Virus record (IMG/VR): IMGVR_UViG_3300025000_000061
Span: 64,001-128,000 of that record
Strand: one strand, 5' to 3'
Length of the DNA: 64,000 nucleotides
Origin: a virus
Position numbers and translations under genes: made by a program. Shown here piece by piece: positions 22,635 to 32,564 of the stretch; the stretch's first letter is position 1; every line of letters begins with the position of its first letter. Under the pieces are notes generated by a model, which saw nothing but the letters and a program-made list of their open reading frames with translations, made no database searches and had not been told where the DNA came from.

Positions 22635-23387
22635 GTGAAAAACATAAAAGTAATTAATATTTCAAAAGAAGAAAAATTAGATAAAAAACTATATACAGTA
22701 AAAAATGTTCCTATGGAGACTGTAAAGGAAATTTGTAAAAACAAACACTATTTACATAGAGTGCCACATATTATTGCTAGTTATGGACTATATAAAAACG
22801 ATTTATTATTAGGAATTATAACCTTCGGTATACCACCAAGTCCTTACTTAATGAAAATATGTGGTGAAGAATATAAAAGTAATGTTTTAGAATTGAATCG
22901 TCTTTGGTGTTATGATGAATCTCCTAGAAACTCTGAAAGTTATTTGATTTCACAAGGTATTAAACTATTAAAGAAAGATAAACCTGATATAAAGATATTA
23001 ATTTCATTTGCAGATACGAGACAAAATCATTTAGGATACATATATCAAGCATCAAATTGGTATTTTACAGGATGGTCTATTCCAGGTGGAGGAAGTATAG
23101 TTATTAATGGCAAAGAGGTTCATCCTAAGAATTTAAACAATAAATATGGGACTAGTGATTTAGAAAAATTAAAAGTAATACTTAATACAGAAAATATTCA
23201 TTATCGTCCAAGGAGTAAAAAATGTAGATATGTATATTTTATTAGTAAAGATAAAAGAGAAAATGCATTATTAAAAACATTATGTAAATATGAAATACAA
23301 AATACATATCCAAAAGAATTTCCGAAAGAAACTGAATATAAGACTCAAAAACAAAAACTACTTGATAAAAATGTAGACGGTTTTTAG
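22635..23387 (+). CDS. Mom-like GNAT DNA adenine-modification enzyme (start possibly ATA at 22644)
   Basis: HYLHR, ITFG.P, ELNRLW, ISFAD..Q.HLGYIYQASNWYFTG signature. Confidence 0.8.
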   Translation: MKNIKVINISKEEKLDKKLYTVKNVPMETVKEICKNKHYLHRVPHIIASYGLYKNDLLLGIITFGIPPSPYLMKICGEEYKSNVLELNRLWCYDESPRNSESYLISQGIKLLKKDKPDIKILISFADTRQNHLGYIYQASNWYFTGWSIPGGGSIVINGKEVHPKNLNNKYGTSDLEKLKVILNTENIHYRPRSKKCRYVYFISKDKRENALLKTLCKYEIQNTYPKEFPKETEYKTQKQKLLDKNVDGF

Positions 23388-23447
23388 ACATAGTTTTGAT
23401 TGGGTTAAATTAAATTAACAAAATGCAAAAATAAATATAAATACATG

Positions 23448-23476
23448 TTGCAAAACCAAAATAATAATGTTATAAT
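23448..23476 (+). promoter_or_regulatory. Sigma-A promoter
   Basis: TTGCAA-17-TATAAT with TG extension. Confidence 0.7.
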
Positions 23477-23508
23477 GTTATTAATAAAATTATTAGGAGG
23501 TTTTAATT

Positions 23509-25110
23509 ATGCAAAAATGTGAAGTATGTGGAAAAGAAACAGAAAATTATTGTATTTGTGATAGTTGTAACTCTGCTTATTGTGTTGAACATATAGGTCA
23601 ATTTAATGAATGTCCTTTATGTGGAAAGGAACATACATTTAAAGAGAATTTTTAAAGTATAATAAAAGGAGTGTTAAATATGAGTTATAAAATTTACATT
23701 GGAGATTCTAAATGCACAAAATGTGGTAAGTCTCATAAGAAAATCTTTGAGATTGATGGTAAACCATACGGATCAAGTTGTGCAAAAGATATTATTGGTA
23801 AAGAATTAACTGCTCCTGTATGGTTGTATGAATTAGCAGAACAACATGTGCAAAGTAGAATAAAAAGCAACGATATTGAAAATGTCGAAGATTTTGAAGT
23901 TAATTTTTGGAATGAATTGCCTGATGACAAAAATACAATATTGGGTAGAAGTTTTAATAATTTATTTGAGAGTTATATTTATCATAAAACAATCAAAATT
24001 AAAGGAAAATCAGTAAAAGTTGATTGGCAACATGAAATAGTTGGTTATTTGCATAATAGACATGCAGAAATTACATTTAATACAATCAAATAGTTTAAAA
24101 TATGTTAAATTTGGTTTATCACGTTTTTTATCGATCAAATATTCAATTTAACTCACTTATACTTCCATTTGCTATGTAGTATAAATGTCATAATAAAATA
24201 ACGGTTTTGTCACAATATAGGTAAAATTACGCAATATCGTAATGTATCTGATTTTACCCATAATAATGTCAGCAAACCCTTATAATACAAGGGTTAGAGA
24301 GCATTTTTATACTTAAAATAAAAGTATAAAATAAATATTGTGACAAAAGAAAGATTTTGTTCAAACTTTAAAGGAAAAAGGAGGAAATTATGAACAAAGA
24401 ATACATAAAGTTTTTAAATTTTAGAACAGAATTAATTGAATTATTAGATAAGTATAGATACCAAATATCAGGTACAAATCTTGATGATGGCTCAATGAAT
24501 ATAGAAAATAAAAATGGTATTGCTTATATATTAAGAGATTCTTATTCAGATTACGAAGCATTGGATTTTGACTGGAATATATTATCTACAGATTATATAT
24601 TAAATATGTTCCCAGAAGATAATAATTCGCCTATTAAAAATAACAATATTGGTATATTTACTAATAATTATGATAAAGTTTCTATGTTATTTGATGATCT
24701 ATATAATCAAAATAAAGAAAATGTAAAGAGATTCAGAAAGAGCAAAGAAGAAATAAATTTATTATTAGAAGATGATAGATATTTTGTTTGGATTAAACCG
24801 ATAGATAATTCAAGAGGTCATAGATGTTCAAAAGTTGTTTATATTGATAGGAATTTAACATTAAATGAGTTACAATATAATGTTATGCCTATTTGTTGTT
24901 ATTGTAAAAGAGAAGATGTAAAGGTGTTTTAAATAAATATAAATAAAAATAAGGAGGAAAATAGTATGGTAATGAAACCTGAAGAATTTGATAGTTTATA
25001 TTTATCATTTTTAAATGGTAATGAATTAACTAGAGAGGAAGTTAAAAATTTGTTTGATACTTTTGGAGAATTAATAAATGAGTATAAACGATTATTGGAA
25101 GAATTTAATA
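23509..25110 (+). CDS. Hypothetical genes (23509-23655 Zn-finger, 23680-24093 with CxxC, 24390-24932, 24966-25110)
   Basis: RBS-led ORFs. Confidence 0.65.
24188..24365. repeat. Two 28-bp sites bracketing a gene-less structured spacer
   Basis: 24188 TCATAATAAAA-TAACGG-TTTTGTCACAA; 24338 TTGTGACAAAA-GAAAGA-TTTTGTTCAAA. Confidence 0.72.
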
Positions 25111-25128
25111 AAACCGTAGGAGGGTAAT

Positions 25129-25704
25129 ATGAAAAGAATTGATGTAATGACTGATATTGAAACATTAGGTAAAGATTCTGATTCTACAATATTTCAAATA
25201 TCTGCAATAGCTTTTAATATTGAAAGTGGAGAATACATAGATAAATTTAATATGATTGCTGATATTGAAAAGAATAAAATAATAAATGTATCAGGTAGCA
25301 CAATAAAATGGTGGTTAAATACCGATAAAGAATTATTAACAAAACTACTTAATAATGGAGAATATTCAAGTGAAGAAATACTTAAACAATTTCATATATG
25401 GTTAAATTCATTAAGTGAAGATATGAAGAATGTTTATTTATGGGGTAATGGTATTCTATTTGATAATAAGATGTTACAATGTCAAATGAAAAATATCAAT
25501 TTAGATTATCCTATATTTTATAGGAATGATAGAGATATGAGAACATTAGTAGAATTAGCAAGTCATAAGGTAGGGATTCAAACAGAAAAGGAATTTAGAG
25601 ATAAATATAAAAATCCAGATTTAATTGCTCATGATGCTTTTGATGATGTCAAGGGACAAATTGATATTGTTATTAAATGCCATAATATATTGATGAAAGG
25701 ATAA
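25129..25704 (+). CDS. DEDDh 3'-5' exonuclease (Rv2179c/ExoVIII-like)
   Basis: DIETLG, WGNG..FD, HDAFDD motifs. Confidence 0.88.
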   Translation: MKRIDVMTDIETLGKDSDSTIFQISAIAFNIESGEYIDKFNMIADIEKNKIINVSGSTIKWWLNTDKELLTKLLNNGEYSSEEILKQFHIWLNSLSEDMKNVYLWGNGILFDNKMLQCQMKNINLDYPIFYRNDRDMRTLVELASHKVGIQTEKEFRDKYKNPDLIAHDAFDDVKGQIDIVIKCHNILMKG

Positions 25705-25711
25705 TATAATT

Positions 25712-26695
25712 ATGAACAATTATAAACTTATGGAAGAATATATTCAATGGAGAAAAGATACTGGTAAATTTAGACATGAATTAAGAGATATAATTGTAAA
25801 TGATAATGGTGTAATTAAAACAGAGAAGAAGATGGCATGTGTTATAAATACTTCACCTGAAGATTGGAAAGAGTTTTGTGAAGATAGAGATATAGAATAT
25901 GAAGGTGAAATGAAATTGTTGGCAATGTGTTAGTATGTAGAAAATCTTGACAAATTATCAATAGTAATTACTATATGTAGTATTAAAAATATATAAAAAT
26001 ACTACATATAGTAATAATATCATGATCAAATTCCTCTTTTATATTAACTTGAAAGGAGAATTATGAAAAAATTATTAATCATTTCTTTACTAACTACTTT
26101 TTTATTAACTGGGTGTGGTATGTCTAATAGTAATAATACAAAACAAATGGCATATTTTAAAGATACAGGTGTTGTTATAAAAGATTCAATGGATAGAGAA
26201 TACCATATAATTAAAGACCCAAATGATTATTTGTATTTTCGTACTGATGTAGTATATTATAGTATTTCGCCTGTATTAGATAAAGATGGTAAATATACAA
26301 AAGATATAAATACAATTAAAGAGATGTACAGAATAGAAAAATAAAAAGGAGAAAAAATACATATGATAACTCAATTACCATGTGGCTGTTCAACTATACC
26401 TATCAATAAATTTGCTAAAGTTAAAGAAATATTATTAGCAGGAAAAGCAATTATAACTGATAATCCAAATTATGAAGAATCAGAAATAGTTATGTTCCAA
26501 TTAAAAGATGGAAATGTATTTTCAGTAGTTATGTTTTCAGATGATACTCAAGGAACTGTTAATTTTGATATGAAAAAAGCATTAAATGTTTGTAAAGAAT
26601 TATGGGATGATGGTTATGATTTTTGCTATGGAGAGCATATGAATTTTGTTATTGGTGAAGAAAGTAAAGATAAGAAAGATGAAAATAATAGTTGA
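25712..26695 (+). CDS. Hypothetical genes 25712-25933, 26063-26344 (lipoprotein) and 26363-26695
   Basis: 26063 has signal peptide MKKLLIISLLTTFLLTGC with a lipobox. Confidence 0.7.
25968..26014. promoter_or_regulatory. Paired NrdR-box-like palindromes
   Basis: TTACTATATGTAGTAT and ATACTACATATAGTAA, 31-bp period. Confidence 0.6.
26020..26047. repeat. 28-bp 11-6-11 boundary site
   Basis: TCATGATCAAA-TTCCTC-TTTTATATTAA. Confidence 0.7.
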
Positions 26696-26714
26696 CAGAA
26701 TGATAAAATAATAG

Positions 26715-26743
26715 TTGACAGATTGTAAATAAAAATGTATAAT
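26715..26743 (+). promoter_or_regulatory. Sigma-A promoter for the ligase-macrodomain-PARP operon
   Basis: TTGACA-17-TATAAT. Confidence 0.85.
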
Positions 26744-26772
26744 ATGATTAAATTAAAAAAGGAGGTTATAAT

Positions 26773-28101
26773 TTGCAAGAAATATTAAGTATTGTTAATC
26801 AATTAGCAAGTACATCTAGTCGTTTAGAAAAAGAATCTATTTTAAAGAGAAATCAAGATAATCAATTATTCAAAGACATTCTTACATTCGTTTATAATAC
26901 TTTAGAAGTAAAAACAGGTATTAAACGTAAAAAACTTGAGAAGAAAGTAAAATCTAAACCAACAGTAACTATGAATAATTTTTATGATTTAAGAGATTAT
27001 TTATCTAATCATAATACTGGTTCAGATGAAATAATTGCAAATATTCAACAATTTTTATCTCAGCAAGAAGATAATATAAAAGAATTATATATTCAAATTA
27101 TTCTTCAAGACCTACGTTGTGGTTTAAAAGAAAAAACTATTAATAGTGCCTTTGGATATGAATTTATTTATATCCATAAATTAGAGAAAGGAGAAGTAGC
27201 AGAAGAAAAACATCTTAAATGGCTTAAAAGTAAAGAATTTGGTATATATAGAAAGTTAGATGGGTATAGAAGTGAAATTGAAGTAGGTAATAATAAGGTT
27301 AAGATAATGTCCTCTGGTGGTGAAATATATAAAGAATTAGTCGATATTGAAAAAGTATTATCTGAAACTGATTTACCACATGGAGTATTTGTTTGCGAAT
27401 TATTAGCAGTAGATGATAATAATACAATGTCTAGAATAGAAAGATTTAATAAAACTGGTTCTATTTTAAGAAAAGATGGAGAAAAGCATGGAATAGAAGT
27501 TAATATATTTAATTTTATTCCTGATGACGGATTTTATAAAGGTTATCATCCTATGACTTGTAGAGATAGAAAGAATCTAGCAAAAAAATTGATTGATAAG
27601 ATTAATTCTCCTTTGATTAAAAATATTGATCCTTTCTATATTGGAAAAGATATTGCTCAAATTGATTATTGGTTTGAAAAAATGATGGATCAAGATGATG
27701 AGGGAATTATGGTTTTGCCTTTAGATGCAAAATATTATGGTAAAAAATCATATCAACAAATGTTAAAGGTTAAGACAGAAAAAGAAGCTGATGTGGTTAT
27801 AGTTGGTTTTGAAAAAGGTGAAAAAGGTAAGGAATTTGAAAATACTTTAGGTAAAATAATTGTAGATTATAAAGGTAAACCAGCAAAAGTAATGTGTGGT
27901 TATAAAGTAAAATATAATCCAGATAAATATGATAATAGGATGGTTAGAGATTATATTTGGAATCATCAAGATGAATTGATGGGTAAAATTGTTAAGGTAA
28001 GATATACAGATGAAAATGTTAATGAAAAAGGTGAATTGGATTTAAGATTATGTAGATTGATTGAGTATAGAGATGATAAGAGTGAACCGAGTTATAATTA
28101 A
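26773..28101 (+). CDS. ATP-dependent DNA ligase
   Basis: KLDGYR (motif I), EGIMV, LKVK, C-terminal OB fold ending RDDK. Confidence 0.93.
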   Translation: MQEILSIVNQLASTSSRLEKESILKRNQDNQLFKDILTFVYNTLEVKTGIKRKKLEKKVKSKPTVTMNNFYDLRDYLSNHNTGSDEIIANIQQFLSQQEDNIKELYIQIILQDLRCGLKEKTINSAFGYEFIYIHKLEKGEVAEEKHLKWLKSKEFGIYRKLDGYRSEIEVGNNKVKIMSSGGEIYKELVDIEKVLSETDLPHGVFVCELLAVDDNNTMSRIERFNKTGSILRKDGEKHGIEVNIFNFIPDDGFYKGYHPMTCRDRKNLAKKLIDKINSPLIKNIDPFYIGKDIAQIDYWFEKMMDQDDEGIMVLPLDAKYYGKKSYQQMLKVKTEKEADVVIVGFEKGEKGKEFENTLGKIIVDYKGKPAKVMCGYKVKYNPDKYDNRMVRDYIWNHQDELMGKIVKVRYTDENVNEKGELDLRLCRLIEYRDDKSEPSYN

Positions 28102-28130
28102 CAATAAATAAATTAAAAGGAGGAAATATT

Positions 28131-28550
28131 ATGATTATTAAAGAAGAACAAAGGGATTTATTTTCAGTACCACATGGTTATTATTTTGCTCATTGTATCT
28201 CAGGAGATTTTGCATTAGGTGCAGGTATTGCAGTTAAATTTAACGAGTTATATAATATGCGTAAAAAATTAAAAGAAGTCACAGATTTTGAATATGATAA
28301 TTGTGCAATTCTTATTGATAATGTATTTAATCTTGTAACAAAACGAAGATCATTTCATAAACCTACATATGATAGTTTAAATGAAGCATTAGTAGATATG
28401 ATGGAACAAGTTAAAGAATTAGGTGTTGAAAGAATTGCTATGCCTTTTATCGGATGTGGACTAGATAAACTTTCTTGGAGTATTGTTAAGGAAATGATTG
28501 AAGAAGTATTTGAAGATGTTGATGTTGAAATTTTAGTTTGTTATTTATAA
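28131..28550 (+). CDS. TARG1/OARD1-type (DarG-related) macrodomain ADP-ribose glycohydrolase
   Basis: DLF, AHCIS.D..LGAGIA, LVTK, HKPTY, MP.IGCGLD.L.W; the catalytic Lys/Asp positions of TARG1 are present. Confidence 0.9.
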   Translation: MIIKEEQRDLFSVPHGYYFAHCISGDFALGAGIAVKFNELYNMRKKLKEVTDFEYDNCAILIDNVFNLVTKRRSFHKPTYDSLNEALVDMMEQVKELGVERIAMPFIGCGLDKLSWSIVKEMIEEVFEDVDVEILVCYL

Positions 28551-28563
28551 GAGAGGTGGATAT

Positions 28564-29778
28564 ATGCAAAATCCATTATATTTAGTTAAAGTAGAACCAG
28601 GAGAAAATAATAATAAATATTACCAAATGCTGGATAACGGCGATGGAAATTTTATTTGTAAATATGGTAGAATTGGCAATTCAGGTTATCAGACAAAAAC
28701 TTATCCTATATCTAAATGGGAATCTCAATATAAAAGTAAGATAAAAAAGGGTTATATAGACCAGTCAAGATTAGTTGCGGAAACTATTGTTACTCAAAAT
28801 AAGAAAAAAGAATACCTTGATATTGACAATCCATCTATAGCACAAATTGTAACAAGATTACAATCTATGGCACGACAAGCAATTAAGGATAATTATACTA
28901 TTAATTCTCAGAATGTTACGCAGGTTATGATCAACGAAGCACAGTTAATTTTAAATAATCTAATTGATGCAGATGATATTGAATTATTTAATAAAATACT
29001 AGTTGATTTATTTAAAACTATCCCTAGAAAAATGGGTAAAGTTAAAGATTATTTAGCAAAAAGTGATAAAGATTTTAGTGAGATTATTCAAAGAGAACAA
29101 GATTTACTTGATGTAATGAAAGGTCAAGTTGTTCAACAATCTATAGTTAAAGATGAAAATAATGAAGATGATACATATGAAATGCCAAATCAAACAATAT
29201 TAGAAGTATTAGGATTACAATTTGAAGAAATTACTCAAGATGAAAAAGAATTAATTAAGAAAAATCTTGGTGGTATTAGTGATAAATTTTATCAAGCATG
29301 GAGAGTTATTAATATTAAGACACAAAAGAAATTTAATGAGTTTATACAGAATAATAATATAAAAGAAAATAAATTATTATGGCATGGATCAAGAAACGAG
29401 AATTGGTGGAGTATTATTAATTCAGGATTAGTTTTAAGACCATCTGCTGTAATCACAGGCAAGATGTTTGGATATGGTATTTATTTTGCACCTAAAGCAA
29501 GAAAGTCATTTGGTTACACTTCTTATCATGGTTCATATTGGGCAGGAGGAAATTCTAATTCTGCATTTATGAGTTTATATGATGTAGCATATGGCAAACC
29601 TTACGATGTACATTCTTTTGATAGTCAATATCATAATTTTAACTATGAGTTATTACAAAAGTATTGTAAAGATGCTAATTGTCTACATGCTCATGCTGGA
29701 AGTATGCTTAGGAATGATGAGATTATAGTTTATAAAGAAGAACAAACTACTATTAAGTATTTAGTTGAATTGAGGTAA
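28564..29778 (+). CDS. PARP-family ADP-ribosyltransferase (WGR, helical and catalytic domains)
   Basis: NNNKYY...YGRIG WGR domain; LWHGS, GKMFGYGIYFA, NDEIIVY give a complete H-Y-E triad. Confidence 0.92.
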   Translation: MQNPLYLVKVEPGENNNKYYQMLDNGDGNFICKYGRIGNSGYQTKTYPISKWESQYKSKIKKGYIDQSRLVAETIVTQNKKKEYLDIDNPSIAQIVTRLQSMARQAIKDNYTINSQNVTQVMINEAQLILNNLIDADDIELFNKILVDLFKTIPRKMGKVKDYLAKSDKDFSEIIQREQDLLDVMKGQVVQQSIVKDENNEDDTYEMPNQTILEVLGLQFEEITQDEKELIKKNLGGISDKFYQAWRVINIKTQKKFNEFIQNNNIKENKLLWHGSRNENWWSIINSGLVLRPSAVITGKMFGYGIYFAPKARKSFGYTSYHGSYWAGGNSNSAFMSLYDVAYGKPYDVHSFDSQYHNFNYELLQKYCKDANCLHAHAGSMLRNDEIIVYKEEQTTIKYLVELR

Positions 29779-29850
29779 TATGATTGGTCGGATTGTTGAG
29801 TAAGGTATAATCAAGGGTGAAATAATAAAAATAAATAATAAAATTCACCC

Positions 29851-29879
29851 TTGACAAATATATAAAATACTAATATAAT
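29851..29879 (+). promoter_or_regulatory. Sigma-A promoter for the replication operon
   Basis: TTGACA-17-TATAAT; the -35 overlaps inverted repeat TCAAGGGTGAA/TTCACCCTTGA. Confidence 0.85.
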
Positions 29880-29995
29880 AATGGAGGGTTGAAGGAGGAA
29901 AGACAAAAGAAGAAGGAAAGGATTAAAAAGAAAGGAAAAGTTAAAGTAAGTAATAAGACAAAAAAATTTAAAAGAAAAGGAGAAATGATTATTTT

Positions 29996-30268
29996 ATGGT
30001 AGAAATTAAAGTCAATCCGTACAAATCAGTTGTGGTTTTAGACAGTGAAGGTGAAGAAATCACTATTTCAGAAGGAGATCAAGTACAATTCTGCCTTGAT
30101 TCTGGATTAGTAAAGAAAGGGAGAATCACAAAATTACAAGGAAAGGGTGATAAATTAAAAATACAATTGTTGCCTAGTGAAAAAGAATGTGAGGAAATTT
30201 GGCCTATAGTTGTGATAAGTGATGGAAGTTTGAAGTTACAAGATGATAGTGATGAAGAAGATGAATAA
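29996..30268 (+). CDS. Small acidic-tail protein, first gene of the replication operon
   Basis: RBS; downstream of a consensus promoter. Confidence 0.7.
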   Translation: MVEIKVNPYKSVVVLDSEGEEITISEGDQVQFCLDSGLVKKGRITKLQGKGDKLKIQLLPSEKECEEIWPIVVISDGSLKLQDDSDEEDE

Positions 30269-30336
30269 GGGTTAAGATTTAGTTAAATTAGTAAATTAAT
30301 AAAATAAAATAAATAAAATGGAGGAATATTATACAT

Positions 30337-31326
30337 ATGGCTAAAACTAAACATGGTTTACAAGAAACAGTTGGTGTCTATCAAATTAGAGGAATTGTTA
30401 ATGGAACAGAGAAGGAAAAATTCTATGTAGAAAAGAAAACTAAAACTCAAAAAGATATGAGAATGATTAATTTTGGATTGGAAATAGAACCTAATAAAAA
30501 TATCTATTTTAATCTCAATGGTATGGTTAAAGATGAAGTGTATTTTTCTACCAAAGATAACGAAGGTAAAACTGTTACTGAAAAAGTTAAATGGGACAAA
30601 AGAAAAACATTTAATAAAGAAAATTATAATCTCATAGGTCTTAGAATTGGTCTTGAAAAAGATAATGATGGTAAAAATATTCAAGAAACATTAGTTGAAT
30701 TTGATGCCTGTGAAAAAATTAGTAAATTGCTTAATGATGATATGAGTGTTTTTACTAAAGGCAAAATTGAATTTGGTAGTTTCGATGGAAAAGACAATAA
30801 AGTTCGTACTATAAAATTTATACCTCAACAAATGTCTTTATGTTCTAAAGATATTGATTTTACAGATGAAAATTTTGAAATCAAATCTGATTTTAGTCAA
30901 CAAATAGTTTTTATGGGTATTGAAAAGAAAGACGATGTTTTTATTGTTAAGGCGAAAATTATTACTTATTCATCTATTGAAGAAACGGAATTTATTATTA
31001 AGGATAAAGATTTAGCACAGTTGTTTAAACAAAAACTAAAACCTTACAATGCTATTCAGGTACATGGGCATATTGAAGTAGCTGAAAATGTTGAGGAAAT
31101 AAAAGATGATGATACTTGGGGTGAAAGTGATCCAACTCAAAGAATAAATACCCCTACACGTAGAGATTTAGTTATAACTGGTGCTAAAGGTAAAACTCTT
31201 GATACAACAACTTATACTAAAGAATTAATTGAGGAAGCAATTCAAAAGTTAGAACAATCCAATAATGCACAAGGGGATTGGGGTTCTAGTAATAGTGTTA
31301 CTGATGCAGAAGATGATGAATGGTAG
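30337..31326 (+). CDS. Putative single-stranded DNA-binding protein
   Basis: Beta-rich sequence, acidic C-terminal tail DAEDDEW, position in the replication operon. Confidence 0.6.
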   Translation: MAKTKHGLQETVGVYQIRGIVNGTEKEKFYVEKKTKTQKDMRMINFGLEIEPNKNIYFNLNGMVKDEVYFSTKDNEGKTVTEKVKWDKRKTFNKENYNLIGLRIGLEKDNDGKNIQETLVEFDACEKISKLLNDDMSVFTKGKIEFGSFDGKDNKVRTIKFIPQQMSLCSKDIDFTDENFEIKSDFSQQIVFMGIEKKDDVFIVKAKIITYSSIEETEFIIKDKDLAQLFKQKLKPYNAIQVHGHIEVAENVEEIKDDDTWGESDPTQRINTPTRRDLVITGAKGKTLDTTTYTKELIEEAIQKLEQSNNAQGDWGSSNSVTDAEDDEW

Positions 31327-31390
31327 AAATACCATTCATAAATAAATTATTAATTAATAAAATAAAAATAAATGGAGGAATATTATACAT

Positions 31391-32548
31391 ATGGCAACTG
31401 CAAGAAAAGGTGGCAAAGTTCAAAGTAAAATTCAAATGTTATTGTTTGGACTTCAAGGATCAGGGAAAAGTACTATTGCATCACAATTTTTATATTTAAA
31501 ACGTCCAGATGGAAAACCATTAAGAGTTTTATATTTAGATGGAGAATCTGGCTCAATTGACGATATGCTTGAAGCAATAGAAAATGATAATATAAATTTA
31601 GAAAATTTATATATTGTTTATACTCAATCATTAAAAGAAGTAAATCAATACATAGAAAAAGCAACAAAAAAAGAACCATTTTATGAACTTGATGATAAGG
31701 GAAAAGAAGATTTTGACAAAATGATATTAGATGCAGATGGTGAACAATTTATACCAGATGCTATTGTTGTTGATGGAACGTCAGTTTTAAATTTGGCAGT
31801 AAAACAAGGTATAATTGAATTTAGTAAAAAAAGAGCAAATGTTAAAGCAGAAAGAGATAAATTACTAGGTGAAGAAAAATTCGTAAAAGTTGAAGGAGCA
31901 GGTATTGAATTAAAAGACTATAATACCATTAATTTTAAAGGACAAGATTTAGTATTAACCTTAACTGGAAGTGGATTGCATTATATTGTTACTGCCAGAG
32001 AAGTTGATGAAAAAATATCTATTAAAGATTCTGAAGGGAAAATTACTTCTATTTCAACTGGTAAAAAGATACCAGAAGGATTTAAAGGTATGGGATATAA
32101 TGTAAAAACAGAAATGAGATTGTTTAGAGAAGAAGATGATATGGAGTTAGTTAAAGCACATGTTATTAAAGACAGAACTAAAACATATCAAAACGGTGAA
32201 ATAGTAGAAGACCCTTCATTGTTTGCTTTTCAAACAGTAATTGATAAAACTAAAGATCATAAAGATGTTGTTGTGCAAAATAGATTGCATGATGCTATTA
32301 AACAAGAATTAAAAGAGACTGAAAAAGAAATATTGGGTAACGAAATTGACGAAGAAACAATTGACAAAAATAATATTGATGATATTGAAATATTAAAAAA
32401 TCAATTAATGGATAAATTAAAGTCCTTAAGTCCTAAAGAAAAGGAAACTGCTAAAGAAAAACTTAGAGTTAAGGGATTACCTATTAGTTTTAAAAGTGTA
32501 ACTAATATAGATATTATTAAAAATGCTTTGTTAGTAATGGAAGAATAG
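31391..32548 (+). CDS. AAA_24/Sak4-like P-loop ATPase (recombination)
   Basis: GLQGSGKS, LDGESGS, IVVDG, TARE, KDRT. Confidence 0.8.
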   Translation: MATARKGGKVQSKIQMLLFGLQGSGKSTIASQFLYLKRPDGKPLRVLYLDGESGSIDDMLEAIENDNINLENLYIVYTQSLKEVNQYIEKATKKEPFYELDDKGKEDFDKMILDADGEQFIPDAIVVDGTSVLNLAVKQGIIEFSKKRANVKAERDKLLGEEKFVKVEGAGIELKDYNTINFKGQDLVLTLTGSGLHYIVTAREVDEKISIKDSEGKITSISTGKKIPEGFKGMGYNVKTEMRLFREEDDMELVKAHVIKDRTKTYQNGEIVEDPSLFAFQTVIDKTKDHKDVVVQNRLHDAIKQELKETEKEILGNEIDEETIDKNNIDDIEILKNQLMDKLKSLSPKEKETAKEKLRVKGLPISFKSVTNIDIIKNALLVMEE

Positions 32549-32564
32549 AATAATATATAATATT

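Noticed and set aside
24094-24365. tRNA gene in the structured intergenic region
   Set aside because: No T-loop (GTTCRA) or D-loop consensus, and the dimensions are wrong.
675-26014. Paired palindromes as ordinary intrinsic terminators
   Set aside because: The stems are AT-rich with loops of roughly 12-18 nt and no U tract, and both sequence and the 31-32 bp period are conserved, which fits protein binding better. Not fully excluded.
675-26047. CRISPR array interpretation of the repeats
   Set aside because: The repeats are dispersed and degenerate and are separated by whole genes rather than 30-40 nt spacers; no cas genes are present.
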